Shown here: piece after piece, positions 60,059 through 64,000 of the stretch
How the letters are laid out: each line of letters opens with the position of its first letter
Numbering within the stretch: the first letter of the stretch is position 1
Virus record (IMG/VR): IMGVR_UViG_3300001605_000027
DNA: 64,000 bases
Origin: an uncultured virus (IMG/VR IMGVR_UViG_3300001605_000027)
Lineage: Duplodnaviria; Heunggongvirae; Uroviricota; Caudoviricetes
Direction: 5' to 3' (one strand)
Position numbers and translations under genes: made by a program
The notes under the pieces: model-generated
Told to the model about the DNA's origin: nothing
The model's input: the letters and a program-made list of their open reading frames with translations, nothing else
Databases searched by the model: none

Positions 60059-60110
60059 CCCACTGACGAGCCGGTGCGATTCCGGCGAAACGCCCACGGG
60101 CGTATGGGTT
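60057..60110 (+). ncRNA. Type I hammerhead ribozyme 1
   Basis: AACCCA-CUGACGA-GCCGG(ugcgauu)CCGGC-GAAA-CGCC(cacg)GGCG-UA^UGGGUU; complete core and three stems. Confidence 0.9.
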
Positions 60111-60142
60111 CGACAACAATACTTCAACAGCAAGGCAAGACG

Positions 60143-60484
60143 ATGGCAACGACAGTAAAAACAACCCCAGCCCAACAAGCCGCCGAGTTCATGGGCCGAT
60201 GCAATTCGCTCGGTTGGAAAGTCGAACGAATCGACGATAGCGTAGTCACAATTACTAAGCGATTCGCAGCGGGCGACCGCGACGGCCTTGTCGAATGCGA
60301 CATGGAATACTACGACGTTTTGGGCATGTGCCCATTGAAAGGCGGTTCAGTTTGGGGAACTGACTGCGGCGGGCTTGGTGCGATATCGGCACTTAATAGC
60401 GGCGTGTTCCGAATGAACAAATCGGGGTCTGGTGGTAAGCGTTTTGCCGCCGAAGTTCGCAAGATCATGCTATCAACCCACTGA
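60143..60484 (+). CDS. 113-aa hypothetical protein bracketed by the hammerheads
   Basis: ATG 60143 after CAAGGCA; GGSVWGTDCGGLGA motif. Confidence 0.65.
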   Translation: MATTVKTTPAQQAAEFMGRCNSLGWKVERIDDSVVTITKRFAAGDRDGLVECDMEYYDVLGMCPLKGGSVWGTDCGGLGAISALNSGVFRMNKSGSGGKRFAAEVRKIMLSTH

Positions 60485-60527
60485 CGAGATCCCGGCGGGG
60501 ATCGAAACGCCAGCGATGGCGTATGGG
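60477..60527 (+). ncRNA. Type I hammerhead ribozyme 2
   Basis: CCCA-CUGACGA-GAUCCC(ggcg)GGGAUC-GAAA-CGCCA(gcga)UGGCG-UA^UGGG. Confidence 0.88.
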
Positions 60528-60557
60528 ATGCAACGACAACCACCAAGGGCCGATCAA

Positions 60558-61880
60558 ATGCTGAGAGTCATATTCCATTCGAACCGACAACGCGACGCGT
60601 TCATTCGCACCAGCGGCATTCAGTCGAATGAGATCGTTTCGGTAGGTTGTGGCGTGTTGTATGTCACTCAATCGGCGATCGATTGGTCGATCAACGATTG
60701 GGTGATGCGAGTCGAGAACGTTTAACAATTCAAGGCAACCACCAATGGCAACCGCAACCACCGTGCAAAACGCACTAGGCGAAACGTTCGACTTGTCGAC
60801 CATGACTGGATGGGAAGTGAAGAAACTGTGTCGTGAATTGACCGCTGAGTCGGTCATGTATGGCCACATTGAAGACGTAGCCAAGCGGGATTGGCTACGC
60901 GATCAGCGTGATATCGTCGACGCTGAGATTCGTCGGAAGTGCTACTAAGGATCAACCATGACAAATGACTGGCTACCACCACTCGCCGCCGACGCCGAGC
61001 AAGGCCGCGAGATAGTGNAACNTACCCCGACCGGATCANNCGTCCATGCGTCGGTATGTTCAGATCAATAGCACGCGGCGACCGTGCGACGTTGTATCGT
61101 GCTGGCACTGGTCAGTACGGTGGCCGTGGATGGGTGCCGATTCATAAGGTGCCGGTTCATCTGCGATCGTCGCTTTACGGAGTCCCCAACAACGATTGGC
61201 AGGATGCGTATTTCAAGACGCCGCAAGCAGCGGCAAAGATGCTTCACTCGATCGGTAAAGGCCCGGCCAATGTCCGCCAATCAGTGTAAGTGCCAAGGCT
61301 TCGGCTACTTCTACGGCAGCGAGATTCTCGGCTGGCGTCGCCGTCCATGGGATCGACTGACGTGTCGCGACTGCGGCAAGCCGTCGGCATGGCAGCGGCT
61401 ACTGTACTGGTGGTACGGCTATCGAAGCAATGCCCAAGCGATCGAGAGTCCGGCGAGTTATGTGTTGTCGAATCCACAATTCAATGGCGGCCAAGAGTGC
61501 GACGTCGAACGCGGCCCGTGTTCGTGCGGGGCTTGGCATGATGAAGTCGACCGTCCAACGTTTGATGATGATGTTTTTTAGTTCCTTTAACCTCACTAGG
61601 TGAAATGATGACAGTGGCAGAAGTTGAGCAAGTCGAACAATCGAGTCGACAAGATAATTCGATCGAGAGCCGGGTTGCCCGCAGTCTGGCAATCGCTCGA
61701 TATATCCGGGCCGTAGCGAAGTTTGAAAACGCGTCGCGAGACTTCAACGACGCGTGCCAGCACGTCCGCGAAGTTGCCGAGCATGGCAGCCGTTTCGTTA
61801 CAACCGTCGATTACAAGAGCTACCTTGTAACCGTCGAAAACGACGGATCGTTCGAAGTCGTTCCGATCGACGTTATCTGA
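60558..61880 (+). CDS. Further small early genes (60558-60725, 60745-60948, about 60958-61289 with n's, about 61269-61581, 61605-61880)
   Basis: Co-oriented short ORFs, the first two with CAAGG leaders. Confidence 0.5.
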
Positions 61881-61892
61881 TTTTTTGCCAAC

Positions 61893-61930
61893 GTTTATCC
61901 GTTGACAGATAAACCGACGGCGTATAAGAT
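61893..61930 (+). promoter_or_regulatory. Phage promoter family copy
   Basis: TTGACA(61902)-17-TAAGAT; the -35 is flanked by the inverted repeat GTTTATC/GATAAAC. Confidence 0.7.
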
Positions 61931-62023
61931 TCTCAAAGCCAGCTTGGCAAGTGGCAATAACAAGTCCGGTCGGTCCCGCAGCCAAGGCGGGGCCGACCAT
62001 TCCTTACACTTCACGACGGATCG

Positions 62024-63197
62024 ATGGTTCAGACGATCAAACAACTATCGACCGACCAGGAATCCGCCGTCGCGTCGATTCGTGCGTTTGTCCGATCGGG
62101 CAGCCAGCAGTTGACGATGGGCGGCCTCGCTGGAACCGGCAAGACGTCGATCATGTCGTACCTGTGGCCAGAACTGATGGCCGCCGGTGCCTATGTGATT
62201 ACGCCGACGGGCAAGGCTGCGAGTGTCCTACGCAAGAAAGGCATCGACCGCGTATCGACGATTCATGCGTTGTTGTATTTGTTTCGCGGCGTCGTCGACG
62301 ACGTCCGCACCGGTGAAAAGCCGATATTCGACAATCGCCACGATGGCGATTGGGGCTGCGATATCACGCCGAAGATGCTTGTGTGCGACGAGGCATCAAT
62401 GGTCAACAGCCAATGTTATGACGACGTCATGGCCCGCGACGTCCCCGTTATATGGGTCGGCGACCACGGCCAGCTTGCCCCGGTCGGCGGCGATCCCGGC
62501 ATCATGCGAGATCCCGACATCCGACTCGAAAAGATTCACCGTCAAGCCGAAGGCAACCCCATCTTAGACCTAGCGTTGGCCGTCCGCCATGGATTGTCGA
62601 CCGAGCGATTCCGCGACTTCGCCGACGGCGACCGCTTGAAGATCGGCGGCATCCTCGATGATCGGCGGCTTGTGAAGTACGCAAGGGACAACGAGATAGA
62701 TCAAGTGATCGTCGGCGTCAACGGCAAGAACCGTCGACGACTACGGGTCAAGGCATAAGATCAACCGGCTATTCCGCGAGTCCTACGGATTCAAAGATGA
62801 TTTGTGTGTCGGCGACCGGCTGATTTGTACGTTCAACAATCGACGGCGTGGGATCAGCAACGGTGAGATATTCCGCGTCGATGCGATCGAGTTTTCGACG
62901 GCGACTTATCACAACTGCTATCTATCGAGTGAAACCGCCGACGGATGGGAGCCGCTGGGCAAGTCGATCAACGTACAGCGGATATCGCTGGGCAACCCGG
63001 ATTACCGGTCGGCGGATCGCGTCCCTGACTGCGGCGAGTTCGATTATGGCCATGGGATCACCGCCCACAAAAGCCAAGGGTCGCAATGGCGTCGCTGCTT
63101 AGTGGTGCATCGCAACGTCCATGCGTTCGATATGGATCGCTGGGCTTATACGGGTTTTACGAGGCCGTCGGAACATTTGAGTGTGGTGATACGATGA
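62024..63197 (+). CDS. RecD/Dda-like SF1B helicase (frameshifted near 62730-62800)
   Basis: GLAGTGKT, TPTGKAA, CDEASMV, VGDHGQL, HRQAEGNPI; then TAHKSQGSQW and YTGFTR in the second frame. Confidence 0.85.
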
Positions 63198-63661
63198 CAA
63201 CAACAACCACCCCAAAGATCGACGTCGCCAACATCGTGCTAGCGTCGTTCTTCGACGGCAGAATCGAACGTCGCAAGGGCGGCATGTATGTTTGCTGGAC
63301 TGACCGCCACAACGGCGACGTCTCGAAACGATGGCAGTGTCGCGGCCAAGACTTCTATCCGGTGTGGCACCATAAGTATCCCGGTGGCGGGACATCATCG
63401 ACGGCGTTAAGCCAACTGATTCGCTGGGTGCAAGGCAAACCTGCGTTGCCGATATCGACGTGGCGAATGTGGGCGAGCGAGAGTTGCAGTCTGTTGCCGA
63501 TCGAAGCCGTCCAGCAATTGATCGTCGGCGGCTATCCGCAGAGCGTCGATTGTGTGCTGTGTAAGAAGCAGATCGAAGGCCGATTGGATTGGTGGAGTCT
63601 CGACGGCGTGACAGGTCCGTGTTGTGGTTATACGAGTGGTTGTAGGCAAAAGACACAATGA
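63194..63661 (+). CDS. Hypothetical Trp/Cys-rich protein
   Basis: ATGA-coupled ORF (MTTTTTPKID). Confidence 0.55.
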   Translation: MTTTTTPKIDVANIVLASFFDGRIERRKGGMYVCWTDRHNGDVSKRWQCRGQDFYPVWHHKYPGGGTSSTALSQLIRWVQGKPALPISTWRMWASESCSLLPIEAVQQLIVGGYPQSVDCVLCKKQIEGRLDWWSLDGVTGPCCGYTSGCRQKTQ

Positions 63662-63903
63662 ACAAGACACTCGTAGCCATCGCCGCAATCGGAGTGCTTG
63701 TCGGATTCAACGCCGGGCAAGCGTATGAACGCTATCGAACGACGAAACCGAATCGTCGAAGATATCCGCCGGATCGAAGCCGAGCGTTAAGTGCTAGACT
63801 TCGAACGTCGAAGGCTAGAATCGATTCAGTTATGGGAAAGCAAGATATGACCAACATCGAAACCATCCGCCAAGGCATTCGACCCCGTTTGCCGAAGCGT
63901 TGA
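63658..63903 (+). CDS. Hypothetical protein with N-terminal TM segment
   Basis: ATGA overlap; hydrophobic N-terminus. Confidence 0.45.
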   Translation: MNKTLVAIAAIGVLVGFNAGQAYERYRTTKPNRRRYPPDRSRALSARLRTSKARIDSVMGKQDMTNIETIRQGIRPRLPKR

Positions 63904-64000
63904 AAGCCAACGAGACCGATACGCTGGGCAGGCTGACCGAAGGTGAAAAGATACTGTTTTGGACTGCGGGATCGTGGACTGAAGCCAAACGCGTCACGCT

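Noticed and set aside
16943..62802. Frameshifts in tail tube, terL, both glycosyltransferases, methyltransferase, integrase, UvrD and RecD as programmed recoding or pseudogenes
   Set aside because: They are small indels, often in short homopolymers, hitting essential genes whose motifs are intact on both sides, and the sequence contains n's. Sequencing error is the simplest explanation; raw reads would decide, notably for int.

Overview
The window is most of a temperate, long-tailed dsDNA phage genome (siphovirus-like), apparently in its free, unintegrated form because an intact attP candidate lies between the integrase and an HTH gene. The host is probably a planctomycete; this is inferred from a RimI N-terminus and from secreted-protein style. 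The morphogenesis genes are scrambled into four blocks: candidate lysis and fibre genes (1-8.5 kb), protease-capsid-neck-tail-tape measure (10.5-20.5 kb), terminase-portal (25-31 kb), and an inverted tail-tip plus glycosylation block (35.5-41 kb). These blocks are separated by islands of small genes. Each island is led by a member of one conserved sigma70-like promoter family (TTTTGCTGTTGACA-16/17 nt-TAAACT), and its genes share a CAAGGCA leader. The right part encodes a beta clamp, DNA methyltransferase, ThyA, integrase, primase-polymerase, a candidate origin and four helicases. The main discoveries are four. (1) Two complete type I hammerhead ribozymes in tandem bracket a single early gene (60057-60110 and 60477-60527). 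(2) A pistol-ribozyme-like core lacking P1 sits in an equivalent post-stop-codon position (33107-33157, minus strand). (3) A two-glycosyltransferase plus methyltransferase cluster co-occurs with a shared C-terminal PDPSA/GSA tail on the capsid, the tail tube and a third structural protein, suggesting virion glycosylation. (4) A basic peptide-PP-loop enzyme-ParB cassette sits upstream of the terminase. About eight genes carry single-base frameshifts and the sequence contains n's, so these breaks are probably sequencing errors. All product calls come from motif recognition by eye; no database searches were run.
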